From assembly GCA_036172245.1 (NCBI GenBank), contig JAYWIR010000010.1, forward strand, positions 3,348,001-3,412,000: 64,000 bases of DNA, given 5' to 3'. Below the pieces are notes generated by a model. The model saw only the letters and a list, made by a program, of their open reading frames with translations. It was not told the origin of the DNA and made no database searches. The stretch is from Raillietiella orientalis (lineage: Eukaryota). Below are positions 13,280 through 25,639 of this stretch, in pieces; position 1 is the stretch's first letter, and each line of letters opens with the position of its first letter. The translations under genes and the position numbers were made by a program.

Positions 13280-15300
13280 CCCAGCAATGCACTGTGATGA
13301 TATGAAGGGGAAGACTTGGGTTATCGAAACCACGAACTTGGTTTTTGGTGGATGGGTGACTTTACTCTGAACATTACACTTGACTTTACATTGTAACAGG
13401 GATCCGAACTCCGACAGCCACATTTCCTGCCCAAACATCCACACTTTGGAAGCACTACCTTTCATCACACCTCCCGGGGATGCCTGGATTTCAGGAAACT
13501 GGAGTCACGGACTCCTCCGGCGCCCGGAATGGACTTTGGCCTGGACGAGGAAGGAAGGGACTGAAGCGCGAAAATTCCCCCAAGATTCCAGGGCAGCGAT
13601 GGTCAGATTGTTCTGATGGGCGCAAAACGTGAACAGAGAGGGACGACCGTATCCCCCTCCCCTCCCCTTTCCTTTTCAAGTTGCGGTAATCGGCCAGAGA
13701 GCCGATTAGCCGTTCTTGAAGAACGAGAGATGAGGGAGAAGGATTTCTGCCAAGCCTGCTGACAACTGCGGATTGAGCAGAGAGAAGGGAAAAGTGCGAT
13801 GTTTCAGATGCTTTCCACGCCTCAGAAAACCGGCCCCGATGGACCGGAAAAAACGCCCAAGCAGGCGAAAAAGCAAACAGTAAACCTCCTCCCTCAAGAG
13901 TTCCGGAACTCGCATTCCCGAGTTTGGTGGTGGTCCCGCAGCATGCCTCGGAATCAACTCAGATCTCTCGGAGGAGAGGAAAGGAAGTGATTTGTTCCAA
14001 AGCCGCGAGGACTAGGAAGGATACGAAAACTCAAGCAGATCCTTCTCGCTGAGCTTCTCGCTCGTGCCACTGCAGCTGAGCAGCAGAGACACCATCTTGG
14101 AGAGGAGGGAGCGAGAAGACAAAAGTGGAGAAAAATCCTGCAAAGGCAGAGAGGAGGCAGCGACGGATTTGGTCAAAGTTATTTCTCTCGTCGGCGATTC
14201 CCGGAGCTGATCGAGACGGCGACGGAGAGAGCCGAGGTAAGCCGCGGGCGTGCACCCCTGCCATCTCTGAGAGTAACAGGCAAGCAAGAATAAAAGAGTG
14301 GACGGTGCTGGTGGAGTGTGGCCTTCCTGCAACCACCGACAGGCCGTCCGGTAGGCGTTCTCGCACCCTAGCTACCGCGCGAGAGAGGCGTCCCGACAGA
14401 GGAGCTTGGACGCAGTTGCGCCACCATCCTTGTCCTCACAGTAGGGATGCCGCAGGACCTCCACTCTCCCGGAAAGAGGAGCTCAGAGGAGCAAGCTGGT
14501 GAGGAAAGGTGGCAATGACCCTCGGGTTGTCCTTCAGTCTTTCGAAAGAATTAAGAAGAGGAACGAAAAGTAGGCTCAAAGGATTCCGGTAGCCGGCTCC
14601 TCTGCAGCCCAAAGACGGACGCTGGCAGGAGGCAGGCAAGCCAGCCAAGTGGTGGTTGGCTTGCCCCATCTGGACCTGTTTGGTTACCTCCTCCAGAGGA
14701 GCTTCCAGAAAGAAAATTCGGGTCCCTCACGGAAGATAGTAGCACGGACTTCCGTGCAGGAAACCCCCGAGGCTATTGTCAAAGCCTGGACCTCTATCCT
14801 AAATGGTCTCTCCACGTTCTGCACCTGAGCGCCCTGCAGACCCGCGGAGCCACCCTCTTCCCTCCCTTGGCTGCGTGCTCGAAAAGAAAAAAAAAGGGGA
14901 AGAGCGAGGGAAAGACAAGAAAAAAAGGCTTTCCTTTCTCCCGTGGTCGTTCCATTGCCTTGGGTGCAGCAATATGGGTGCTCAAAGGACCAGGATTGGA
15001 ATGACTTGCTCCTACCGACCACCAAGTCCCGAGAACGACCCGCCTCTGAATTAAGTGACAGACGCGCACACGCTGCATCCGCCAGACTCTCCTAGACCGT
15101 CGCGTTCCTCCCGAACCTGGCCGCCAGCCCCTGTGGATATTCCGCGAAGCAGTCGCATCAACATCAGCTCCCTCTTTACTCACAGGACAGAAAGATGGAC
15201 CCTCTCCTGCGCTGTAACCGGCGTTCATTCCCGCCTCTCTTGTCGAACCTACATGTCCGAAAAAGACTAAGGACGTAATCCCTATTCCCACATGCTTATA
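13280..15300 (+). mobile_element. Decayed APE-type LINE ORF2
   Basis: MGDF, SDSH, KTGPDG, RSFSL (RPISL), TDLVKV (DLxKAF), CGLP.. and later thumb-like motifs, collinear across many frameshifts. Confidence 0.4.
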
Positions 15301-15932
15301 CAAGTGTGTTTATTTTTATGCAAGCTCCCCAGTGAGCACCACGAACTGCTGGGTCATTTGTTCAAGATAAATAAAAGACTTTTGTCCTGGAGGAGGATCT
15401 ACATGTGCCGGTCAGACGCGAAAGCACCTGAACCTTACTGGCAACAGCCACGGGACTAGGGAGGAAGTGCGGGGAGGGCCAGCAATTGAGTGGAAGAACC
15501 TTCTCTATGAATCTCAAAAGGACCAGAGGCGGGATCTAACTGATTCCCTCCCGTCGTCCTCCAAGAGGATGCGGCTGGGAGCGCGTCCCCCTGCCGTGCT
15601 ACACCTCCTCCCATTCACGCAGGCCTGCATTCTCTAGCAGGAGACAAGGGCGTACCTCCGATGATATTTAGATGGGAGAACCTCGTCGACGGCCACTGCT
15701 TCGAGACCACCAGCCTGAGATGAGCAGGCGCGAAAAGTCCGAAAACTGCTCCTTCTCTTAGAGAGCGTCAGAACAACATGATTTCCTGCGGATCCATAAA
15801 GGAGGACCTCATGGAGGCTTATATTCGGAGAGAGGAGAGGAGGGGAGGGGAGTGGAAAGAAGACGCATCTCGAGCAGCCCTGCTCGCATGATTTACGCAG
15901 ATTCCCCTCACAGAACCAGTGGCAATTGTGCT

Positions 15933-16400
15933 CTATTTCTGCGAACTCCTCGTGCTCTGCCTGCCTACGCAGAGCGCTGCTTCGCCCTCGATTGAGGTTC
16001 CGAGGATCTCATAATCTGAGGCTTGCAAAAGCAGGTTCCTTGGAAACCCCTTCTCCGCGGCTGCTAGCAAAAGAGATCGTTCTGTCTGCTCAAGAGTAAG
16101 AAATTCAGCGCACGAAGCGCTCCGTTTGGCAAGAAAAGCAGGACGCATTTTCATCTGCCGTTTTTTGAAAGATTAATTTCCTTCATGCTGCTCGATGCTC
16201 GAATGGTTTTCTCAGTAGCTACAGTCGAGATTTTCATGCGGTCGGTGATTTCCGGGCAGCTATATCCTCTGTTGAATAATTGTGGACCCGTTCCTGGTGG
16301 CATGGATACACCGACAAACACTCACTTCAGTAAACAAGGAAATGAAGCAGGGAGAGCATGGACATGCCAAGGCGGATGCAATTTCGTGTCGCCCCGGAGC
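15933..16400 (-). mobile_element. Possible R2-like N-terminal (zinc finger/Myb) remnant
   Basis: LEQTERSLLLAAAE...ILGTSIEG resembles the R2 Myb motif (ExxLL..RSxEAI), with a Cys-rich block upstream. Weak. Confidence 0.3.
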
Positions 16401-16965
16401 TCGACAATGAGCAGTAGGTGGGGAAGGGGACGGGATCGAACGGGAACCGTCGAGGAAGCGATTCCGAGCGCTGAGTTCCCGGCTCACTCAGGGAGACGAT
16501 GCAGTCTCGCCGTCTCCCCGACGTCGCAACCGGACTCCGCCTTTTAGATGCAAACGTGTGGACAATCCAAACTTCGGGGGTCTGAGAGCCCCCCCTGAAC
16601 GGAGACAGCAGGATGTTATTTGATCAGTGACCCCATTATCCGGCATATCCAAACACCTTTGTTTCATAGTTGATCCGTTGATATTACGATGCGATCCTGC
16701 TCGGAACGAGTTCTGGCTGATCACATTTGAAACAGAGTACGGCATTAAGGCGACAGGAACGACATCAAGTCAGGTCTTGTCGAGGTTTCTTTGCGTATCC
16801 TCGGCGTGGCGCAGTCTTCTTTGAACTGGTGAATAAGTCTTAATTGGGAACCTCCGCCCGCTTCGGTTTTTTGCCCCTGGCGGCGCGGATATCAACAAAC
16901 TCTCACTTCAGTAAACAAGGGAAGGGGGCACAGGAAACGCGAAAATGCCGATGCGAAGGCAATCT
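16293..16965 (+). repeat. Degenerate direct repeat pair (~16293-16385 and ~16876-16965)
   Basis: Shared perfect core CTCACTTCAGTAAACAAGG with alignable flanks (CCTGGYGGCRYGGATA...ATGCC...GCAAT). Confidence 0.75.
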
Positions 16966-17439
16966 GATGCTCCTGCATTTAGTCAGCAAAGCGAGGAGAC
17001 CGCATTTCCCCCCTTGGCAATTTTCTTGTAGGTGTGATCTTGCTTAGTGATGTAAGGAGTCTGGAAAAATCTGTGGGACCTCCATAGCTCTGAAAATGCG
17101 TGTTCGAGTCCTGACGTTGAATGTGCACAACGGTGTCCCGACGGCCACTTCAGAACACGGCAACCACCCAACCGAAAGTGGACTGCAGACCTTGGCTTCA
17201 AGTGTAATGATTGATCGGTACAACTCTCAGAGGAACCCGGAACTGTTTCCTGGTCCAGGAATCTCCGGTGAATCCATGCGAGGCATTCAAAATTACAGAG
17301 GAATGAATGCCAGCATGCTCAGGCGACAGCCAATCCTGTGAGTGCGTGGTCAGGAGGCATGCGCGGCCAAGCGCCTCTCCTCAATTTGGTGCAGGGATTC
17401 TGGAAGCACTTTCCTCCAATGAAGAAAGCTGAGCAAACT

Positions 17440-19225
17440 TCAACGTGCTGAGAAAAGCACAATCGCTCAGGAGTTGGGGCTGGGGAATGAGGAACCATTC
17501 ATCAAGCGTGCCATTCTTCGCCGTTTGCACTTGCCTTACGTTTCCTTGCAAGACCAGCCTCTCGCGCTATGTAAGTTCCAGCGTGCGTAATGAGAGACGT
17601 AGAGCACGTAAAGAAGCGAAAATCCTCTCTCGACCGATTGAAAATCCACTTCGACCAAGTGAATACGTCTGAAACTGAGAGGCACGCCGCTGTTGCTTGG
17701 AATGATGAAGTTGCACTACTATGATGCACGAGGTCGCCTTCACAAGTGCGGCATGAGCAGATATGGGGTTTCGCAGCTATCAACACTCGAGTGCACTTCC
17801 AGCTAGTCTGGGATGGCTGCAATTCCGGCCAGCTTGTCGGAATCCTCTTGCTTGCTGGTCGACGCGATGATGCTCGCGTTGGCAGCTGTGTGGCTGCGGT
17901 GGGTCTCCGCGCGTGACACCAAGAGTTGCGGGTTCCAATCCCCTCTTGGGGGATCTCCCCGAGAAATGGGTGAGTCTGGGTTTCGAGTCCTCTCCCTCCA
18001 GAGGATGGCGCTGGTTGACCTGTCAGCTTCGGGTGCGGCACTGGTTGGAAGCCGGAAACCGAATGCCGGAATTGGAAGTTGACTCCCCGGGATCCTTGCA
18101 GGAATCAAGAAGACGGCTCTCTTCGGGGTTCACCTCCGTATGTAAAAATGGAGTCGTACCATGAAGCTCGTTGATACCCCCCTCTAAGAGTTGCCTCTCC
18201 AGAGTGTGAAGTGCTCCACTCCCTTCGTGGAGCGACCTTCGGAGAAATTTGGAAGCGTCCTTTCAGGGTTCTCTTCAAGGGGAAGAAACAGGGAAAGGAT
18301 TTTTTCCGGGGGATCTCTTCGGAGAAGAATATAAAACGGCTTCCTCTTGTGGTCCCTCCGGAGAGAACAAGGAAGAAGAGGTTCCTTTCGGGGCTCCCTC
18401 CCGAGAGTAAGAGGAACGGACTTCTCAATCCGGAGCCTTCCTGGATTCATAGGGTGGTACCCTCCCGGGGTACACCCCAACTTGAAGAGTTACTATGGTG
18501 TAACCACAAGATCGCGACAGAATCCACAAATCTCGAATGCAACTCTGGTTCAAAGACATGACACCCCTCGTGTAGAACCTGAGGGGGAAAGGGACAACAG
18601 TGAAAAATCTCCACCACCCCTGTCGACAAATGACCGATTTCTTCAAAATGGAGTCGGCTCTGACTTGACGTGTGTTTGCTGATACGCACCGAGCCCTATC
18701 GCAATGTTTTGTTTGACTTTTGCCTTCCCCTTTCTCAAACTCTGAGCCCAGTTGGTATCACCCTTTTCGGCCGTCGTTTGGCATCGACAAAGCGTATCCA
18801 TCGAAGAAGTGCACGTTGGCGATTTTCCGGGCACGATCACTGCTGCATCCTGTGTGCATCCCGCATTTCCAGTGGAATCCAGGAGGCGACGAAATCCCAG
18901 CAGGGTTGCCGCCGCATTGGCTCCATGCATTACTGGTTCACGGAAGTGAGTTCGCGCTTCGCTTACTCCACCGGGAGGGAGCATCTGGGCTCAGAAGACT
19001 GGGAAACAGAGCCTGCATGGTGTTTTCACCATCGCTAGGGAGACTGCTGTTTGCACATTGCAAGACAAACCGGTGTATTTGTGATGGCCAAGGTAACTTA
19101 TTGATTGATGTCAAAGGTGACTTATTACTCGTGGGCAGAAAAGAGCTCGAGGTCAGAACTTTCGATGTGGAACATGGGGAACGAAGCTTCAGAAGTTTTG
19201 CTTTGAGATCTCCGATGATCATCAC
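17440..19225 (-). mobile_element. Decayed APE-type LINE split by the LTR-like repeat at 17857-18628
   Basis: Right part (18680-19225): IIGDLKAK (GDxNA) and SWIPLEMRDA...AKRRPKRVI linker. Left part (17440-17850): SWKCTRV and QTAKNGTLDEWFLI RT motifs. Confidence 0.45.
17857..18628 (+). repeat. LTR-like interspersed repeat, copy 1 (~770 bp, probable solo LTR)
   Basis: Aligns to the reverse complement of 21633-22282 and to 46834-47125. Ends ...TGTCGACA; copy 2 begins TGTCGA (TG..CA termini with short inverted repeat). Internal ~40-bp subrepeats. No TSD recognised. Confidence 0.7.
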
Positions 19226-21414
19226 AAACCTTGGAATAGTGAATTTTCAGGATCTTTTCCTGCTCTGATTCTAGACATACGTTTATTTATTTTTTTAGTG
19301 TGAATTTTTTTAAAAAAAAAAATCCACACTAAGAATATCAGTTTCCCTGGGTACCGATACGAATAGAGTATAAAACCTTCGATTCATGGAAGAATTTGAC
19401 ATGAATAGTGGAGACATGTAACTAAGCATTCTGTAAATCAAAAAAGAAAACACTGAATGATTTTATTTGCTGGCATTTTCGGCAAGACAGGATCATCTGT
19501 TAGCATGTCTCATAGAAGGATTAATCCAAGGAATTCTCAAAAAAGCATTAGAAAAGTCAGTGATAGGTTTACAAGAGTTCTTGAAGAGCGAATACTGGTC
19601 TCACCCGAAAAAAACAAAACGCTAGCGAAAAATCATTTTCTCATTGAAATAACCAATGATTCATCGATTGTTTTCACTCCCTGTTCGACACAAAAACGGT
19701 CCACAGTGCTCGCGAGCACGAAATCATAGAGTTGCATCTTTTGGAGGCTGATGCCTGTTCTGTAGGTGATGAGGAAGATACGCAAATGTTATGACCAACG
19801 GGGAATAAGAATGAGAGCTCCATCAGACTCTGATAAAGCATTCACATATTCTTGAAGGCAGCTGGGAGATGATTTCCTGATGATAACTCGAAGCATTTTT
19901 ATTGGTAAGTTGGGCTGCCAAATCTTCGATAATCGTCAGATGTGCCGAAGACAGTTGCATCGATCGGTTTTCTGGGTCTCGTCAGGGTCGCCCGAAAATA
20001 GGAATGAAATAATAGGGACCCGTCTTTGCTCCCCGTTTCCAATTGGATAAGGGAAGTCTCTGGATAGGGGCCGTGCGATCATACTCCATCTTGAATGAAG
20101 GATTAACGCGCAGCTTACAAAGTAGCTGATGACTGACAGAGTAGCAAACCAAAGTGTCGACATTTTGTTGCTATAACAGGAATAGGAAATACGGGAATGA
20201 GGACGAAAATCATCGTCGAGGTCACCAGACACGCAATGTTTCGGCAGCTCGCTGAATACAACCAGAAGGCAAAAAGAGAAACTGGAAACGAGAAGGAACC
20301 CGTTAATTATGGTGGACTAATCAAAGGATAAATAAAAGAGCGGATTTCATGCAAAAGCAATCCGGGGAATGGACGTGTTTGCTTTTGTAAATTCAATTCC
20401 TGACTTTGGGTTGGATTCCGGAATATTGAAATTGGGATCTTCGGAGGAAACAAAGAGCTCCTCGAGCGTTTTTCTTAGAATCCTTCCAGAAAAATGAAAA
20501 TATCCAGTGGATATTTGCGTCTTGATAGGAATATGGACAAAAAGAAAAAAAGGAAGGAAGAGAGGGGCAAATTCCCGAAGCAGTAAGATAGGTGAAACAG
20601 ATGCTTGCTGCAGGAATGCTTAGAAAGAATCCTGTCTGCTCGCGAGAATGACACCTCCCCAAAACGAAATCCCGGATCCTTCTTCCAGGGGAGACTTCAA
20701 CGTGGGAAGCCTTTGTTACAATTTGGTTATCTCTGCTCAGCTTCAAACGATGCAAAGTATAGCAAGCGGATACTGCGCACGCTCCACATCTTCCACATTG
20801 ACATCTCTCGCTTATCTGCTTCCGGAAACGGGTCAATTGGTAGTTCGTTGAGGAATCATGCGATCTATCGTCTGCTAAGCGTTGAGCGAAAGCATTACTG
20901 TCTTTGGATGATGACGTTCTGGCCATTAAGGAAAAAAGTATGATCTCATATTGCTAAACCTTGCCTCTGATTGTATCGATCTTCGCACTCGATGCTCACC
21001 TGGACACCACTGAGTCTGGAAGCAGAATCATTGCCGAACCTTCTCTTTTTTCACACAACCAGCATCGCTTGCCGATGGCCCTGAAAAGCGTCGGCAACTG
21101 CAGCGGAGACCCAGCAAGATCTTCCCGATCAAAAGGAGAAGGAGTAAAGGTGGAAACGGAAGCTGAAAGCTAAGCTCCGCAGTTGCGCTCTCCTTTGCAC
21201 GGTTTCTCACCGACTGCAGAACCCGCACCGAGCGGGGTCGCCATGGCTACGAGCGGCGTCGCCTCGAATACTGTATGCATGAAAATGCTTCTTGTTCCAT
21301 CATTGCAAATTCTCATTTCCTCTCTCCGTGCTGCAGACAAAGAGGAGTGCAGCATTTAGGCACGAATCAGGGCGAATTGTTTCTTTCGCGAGTTTCAAAA
21401 CAAAGAACTACTGA

Positions 21415-21418
<4 letters not shown>

Positions 21419-21446
<28 letters not shown>
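21419..21446 (+). repeat. (GT)14 microsatellite
   Basis: Direct inspection. Confidence 0.95.
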
Positions 21447-21451
<5 letters not shown>

Positions 21452-21632
21452 AAAAACTAATAGGGACTTCACGGACAGATCATTACTGTTGGCCTGAGAT
21501 GATGGAAATTCTTTTTAGTTCCTCTGTTTGGGCTGCTTTCCTTCCAGCTTTTTATTTTTTCTCCGGGTTTTCTTTTTTTGGGAGGGGGATTTACTAAGTA
21601 CTGAAGAACCGTTCGCCTTCTCAAGGGGAGGA

Positions 21633-22282
21633 GAATCCAGGAAGGGTCCGGAAGAATGAGTTCGTCCCTCTTACTCTTGGTTGCACTCTCTCTGGTTTTC
21701 CCCGAAGGGAACCTAGAAAAGGAACCTCTACCTCATTCTCTCCGGAGGGACCCCCCAGACGAAGCCGCTCCTTTATTTTTTCCCCGAAGGGAACCCGGAA
21801 AGGATCCGCCCTTGGAATTTCTTCTCCGAAGGGATCCTCCGGAAAAAATGCTTCCCTGTTTTCTCTCCCGAAAAGAACCCTGAAAGGACACTTCCAAATT
21901 TCTGTAAAGAGTCATTCCCCGAAGAGAAGGCTAACGGTCATTCCCCCAATGGCTCACTTCTTCACACTCTGGAGAGGCAACTCTTAGAGGGGGGTATCAA
22001 CCAGCTTCATGGTACGGCTCCATTTTCACATCCGAAGGGAGCCGTCTCCCTGATTTCTGGGAGGATCTCGGGGACTTCCAATCCCGACAATCGGTTCCCG
22101 GCTTCCAACCAGTGCCGTACCCGAAGCCTTACCACAGGATGGCGCTGGCCAACCAGCTCCATCCCGTGGTAAGGACTCGAAACTCACAACTCACCCACGA
22201 CCCTCCGGGTCGATCCCTTAATGCTTGGTGCCATGCGCGGAGACCGCAGCCACACCGCCGCCAACGCGGATCGGATTCGACA
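21633..22282 (-). repeat. LTR-like interspersed repeat, copy 2 (inverted, 3'-truncated)
   Basis: TTCACACTCTGGAGAGGCAACTCTTAGAGGGGGGTATCAAC at 21961 is the reverse complement of ~18170-18210; similarity extends over ~600 bp. Confidence 0.85.
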
Positions 22283-22499
22283 TGTTTGAGTACCTTTGGT
22301 ATCTTCTTTTAATCCGCATTCTATTAGGAAACGTTCTCAAGGGAGAGAGAAAGAGAGAGAAGAAAGGACTGATGATCGAAAACGCTGTGAGATGACTGTC
22401 AAAGTCCAGGAGATGTTCCCTCTCGGTCCCTCAGAAACACGCAATTCATCGAAATAAAGAGACGGCTGCTGACGAAATATGGCTCGGAGACGGTTCTCG

Positions 22500-23790
22500 G
22501 TGCGAACGCTGGAGACCCACCAGCATCGACCCTTCTAGGGTCGGCTCCCTTAATTAAAAATCGGGGTAAGCCCGGCGTATGAATCGATAATACTTGGCAT
22601 GGTGATTTGCTCGAAAAATTACCTTCCTGGATTTCTGTGCTCGCGGATGGGGAATCGGGAAGCCAATTTTTCGAGAGTATCCGAACACGTCTGGAACGTT
22701 GCCTGGATGGTAACGAACATCCGAAGTTGGACCATTAATCAGGCGGTGGAACGGGTAATTTTTCCCTTTGTAGGTGCCGTGCAAGAGATCTCAGCTGGCG
22801 CACAAGCACACCTCACATAAGCGTACAAATTGTGGCTGATGCTAGCGAAAGCATCCTCGCCTGCTCTCTTCCGCATCCCGCTCCAGGTGGCGCACTGCTC
22901 GCAGCCGAGCTTCAGGGAGCATTAGATGCTAACTATCCTCTTATTTTCCAAAAGCAGGAAAAAAAAACTCTTCCTGGGTCCTCTTTGAGCATTCCCTCAG
23001 CGGATCGTTTTGTTACTCAAGGTGGCAATCAGTCCGTACACTGTACACGCGTTCCCGCCGATGGTGCATCCTCCATGCGCTCATAGCTCCACTCACAGAG
23101 CCGCTCAGGCTTCGTCAGAAACGCATTCTCTTGACAAAGAAACAAAGATGTCCTTGCTGCTTGCTCGCTCCCTCATAGCCGGAAGTATTACCGTACATAA
23201 CGCGGGTAACGAGCGCTTTCGCAGCTTCTCCCCTGAGCTGCTCCAGTTCCTTTCTTCCGACAAGAGGGCAGAGCGCACTTTTCGGAGTAATGTCTGAAAA
23301 AGAATCCCTGTTTGGCTCCCACTGGGACGGAGCTGCGCACCCCGCTCCCTCCCTCACGGTAGTGAGCCGCACGCGACTTCCGGCCGAAGCGCGCGTCTTC
23401 AATAGGCCGTGAACGGTAGCCCGACCGAGGATCAGGGCTCCCCGCACACCGGCCCCATCCTGCCACCTTTCCGTCTTTGCCCGACCCGGGGCCTGCAGTC
23501 ACGACCTCGTGCAGCATCCTCAGACTAAGCATCGAGGCAGCCAGCCCTGGCAGCGAAACTCCACCCACCAAGGAGAGTGACCGGCTCCATGGGTACGGAG
23601 AGAATCGAGACGTCCTCAGCGAGGAAGAACATCACCCGCATCTTGCACAAGGATTGAGAGGAAGAAGGGCTGGCACCTGCAAGGGGATGCCCTTCCTCCT
23701 TACTAGTTTATTTTTATTTGTTTCTTGCCTCCTCACCCTTAGCGCCATAGGTCTCCTTCCCAGGACCATGCTGGCATCGAGCAGCATCCC
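22500..23790 (+). mobile_element. Decayed R2-like RLE non-LTR (unit 1 of tandem run)
   Basis: RPTSI, KITFLD, INQAV (GVRQG region), VADA..ILA, VNGSPT/RIRAPR..C and SHDLV motifs, in order. Confidence 0.4.
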
Positions 23791-23794
23791 TCCT

Positions 23795-24197
23795 TGTGGA
23801 CTCTGCTGGGTACTGAGTTTCCCAACGTTCATTTTCTGATAACAGCCACTCCGGCAGTGATCAGGTGAAAAAATTTCAGGCCTCCGGAAGTCGTGTTCAT
23901 CATCCTGAGGCGGGCCATTACGCCCCTGCTCATTTCCCTACACAGCAGTCCCTTCCACTCAGCCACCTCCTCTAGGCCACCTATTCCTGCCACCAGTGTG
24001 AAGCTTGCATTCTTTCACTCCGCCAAGGCATCCGTCGGGTCTGAAAGTTGGTGCCCTCGGAGTGTTGTCTGCCCGGAAACTGGACACACCGAACTCGAGG
24101 AAGCGGGTTCGAATCTCGGGGAAGCGTTCAAGCCGAACTTTGCAAAATGTCATTCATTTGCTGTAGATAAACGATCCGGAGATCCTGAATGATGAGG
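23795..24197 (+). repeat. Conserved non-coding module, copy 1
   Basis: Reverse-complement match to 53357-53880, including the near-identical block TTCCCAACGTTCATTTTCTRATAACAGCCACTCCGGCAGTGATCAGGTGAAAAAATTTCAGGCC. Confidence 0.9.
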
Positions 24198-24279
24198 TTT
24201 CCGGAACTGGCTGAGAAGCGCTGCTCAAAATAAGCACCAGGCATCCCCGGATGCCCAAGATTCATCCTCGATGCTTAAG

Positions 24280-25420
24280 CACGGCAGAGAAACTTCCCGC
24301 CTTTATCTCCGAACCGCTTTTGTTCTTCTAACGTATCTACCTGGATACCATAGGTGGGACTGAGGGAATAGAGGGGTGTAAACCACGGAGTCACCAGCGG
24401 GAAGAAGAGTCGCCAGATTTGTGATCAGATACTCTTGGATTCCCTCCTTCGGAGAGTCCGAGAATGAAGATGAGAAGAGCGGATTTTTTGGAGATGCAGC
24501 CGTTCGGAAGGACCGTTCCCCCTCCCTTCTGAAGAAAGAACAAGAAAGGAGGAAAACAGGTTCCTTTGTTCACATGGCTTTTCCACGTTCGGCTCCCACC
24601 TTTGGAACCACGCAGCAAGTCCAGAAGCTCCTCCTGGATTTATAGTTTTTATTTACAGGTCACCCAAACCCGGCACTGTCAGTGTTGTGCTGCTACCCTC
24701 GTACTGCGGCCTCCGAGCTCAGGAGCCATGCATTTCCTGAAGCTCCCTAAGGCCCCCTCGCAGGAGACGCGTTGCTCTCCCAGCCTGCTTCAAGATGCAT
24801 TTCGCTCTTCCTTCGTCCTCAAGGACCTGTCTCTGTTCCCTCCTTCCCAACGAGGCCTAGCCAAGCTTGGAATCCCGTCCACCGTGCTCCTGACCGAAAA
24901 CCCATCCCTCTGGAGGGAAATCAGAACCCTCGGAGGTCCTTCCGGATTATTCGAAGATCCTTGCAGCAGGATCTCGCAGCTCCGCTAGCGGGTTTGCCTG
25001 CTTCCTCAGAGCTCGGTCTCCTTTGAGAACAGCCCAACTTTGCGCGGGTCGAAGGACCCCTGATACGCTTTCTGCTGCCGACACTCAAGAAAGTTTGTGG
25101 GATCATAGGGTAGGGAAGGTCATGCCCTCCGAATTTGGAGTCATGCATTTTCCCCCTGCGTTTCGGATACCCCCAGAACGCCCTCGACTTTCACCCATTT
25201 TCACCCCAGAGGTGGGTTGCGGCTTCACGTGGCTTTGGAATCCCCGCTCTGGCTCAACAGCTTGATCGCAAAAGATGGAGAGCGCAGAGAGTCCTGTTGC
25301 AGTACTTTCGCTCCGGGATTCTTTCTCGAACTTCCGTGAATGACGAGCGAAAGACGCCAAGCAGAATGGATGGCGTATTCCCGTGAGTCTGACCTGCCTC
25401 ATCCATTATCCCACCTCCTC
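24280..25420 (+). mobile_element. Decayed R2-like RLE non-LTR (unit 2)
   Basis: PPLEPRSK (APLKPxQK), PPSQRGLAKLGIPS (GGLGIP), AGRRTPD..QESL..H, ERP.L, PVAVLSLR. Confidence 0.5.
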
Positions 25421-25639
25421 CATGAGATCTAGTTCCGTCACGAAAAAAGCTGTTGTCCCGTAGGATGGAGGAGGTCTGCACTCACCCTTATCCTGGGGAA
25501 GTGCCGCGCGCCAGAGATGGTGCCTCGCTTGGTCAACGACAAGAAACTCGGAACAATTCCAACGAATCTGCATTCGATTCATTCGATCACCACGGAAACC
25601 AGTCCCTAACCTCCCAGTTGCCATGGCAGGGGGTGCTGC

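Noticed and set aside
19936..20232. Minus-strand ORF with a signal-peptide-like stretch (MSTLWFATLSVISYFVSCALIL)
   Set aside because: No good donor site or homology; the opposite strand shows a weak retroelement-like motif.
20600..20830. Possible Merlin transposase N-terminus
   Set aside because: Weak motif resemblance only.
24040..24130. tRNA gene or HDV-like ribozyme around GGGTTCGAATCTC (24105-24117)
   Set aside because: No cloverleaf or A-box could be built, and the HDV P1.1/P2 pairings could not be completed.
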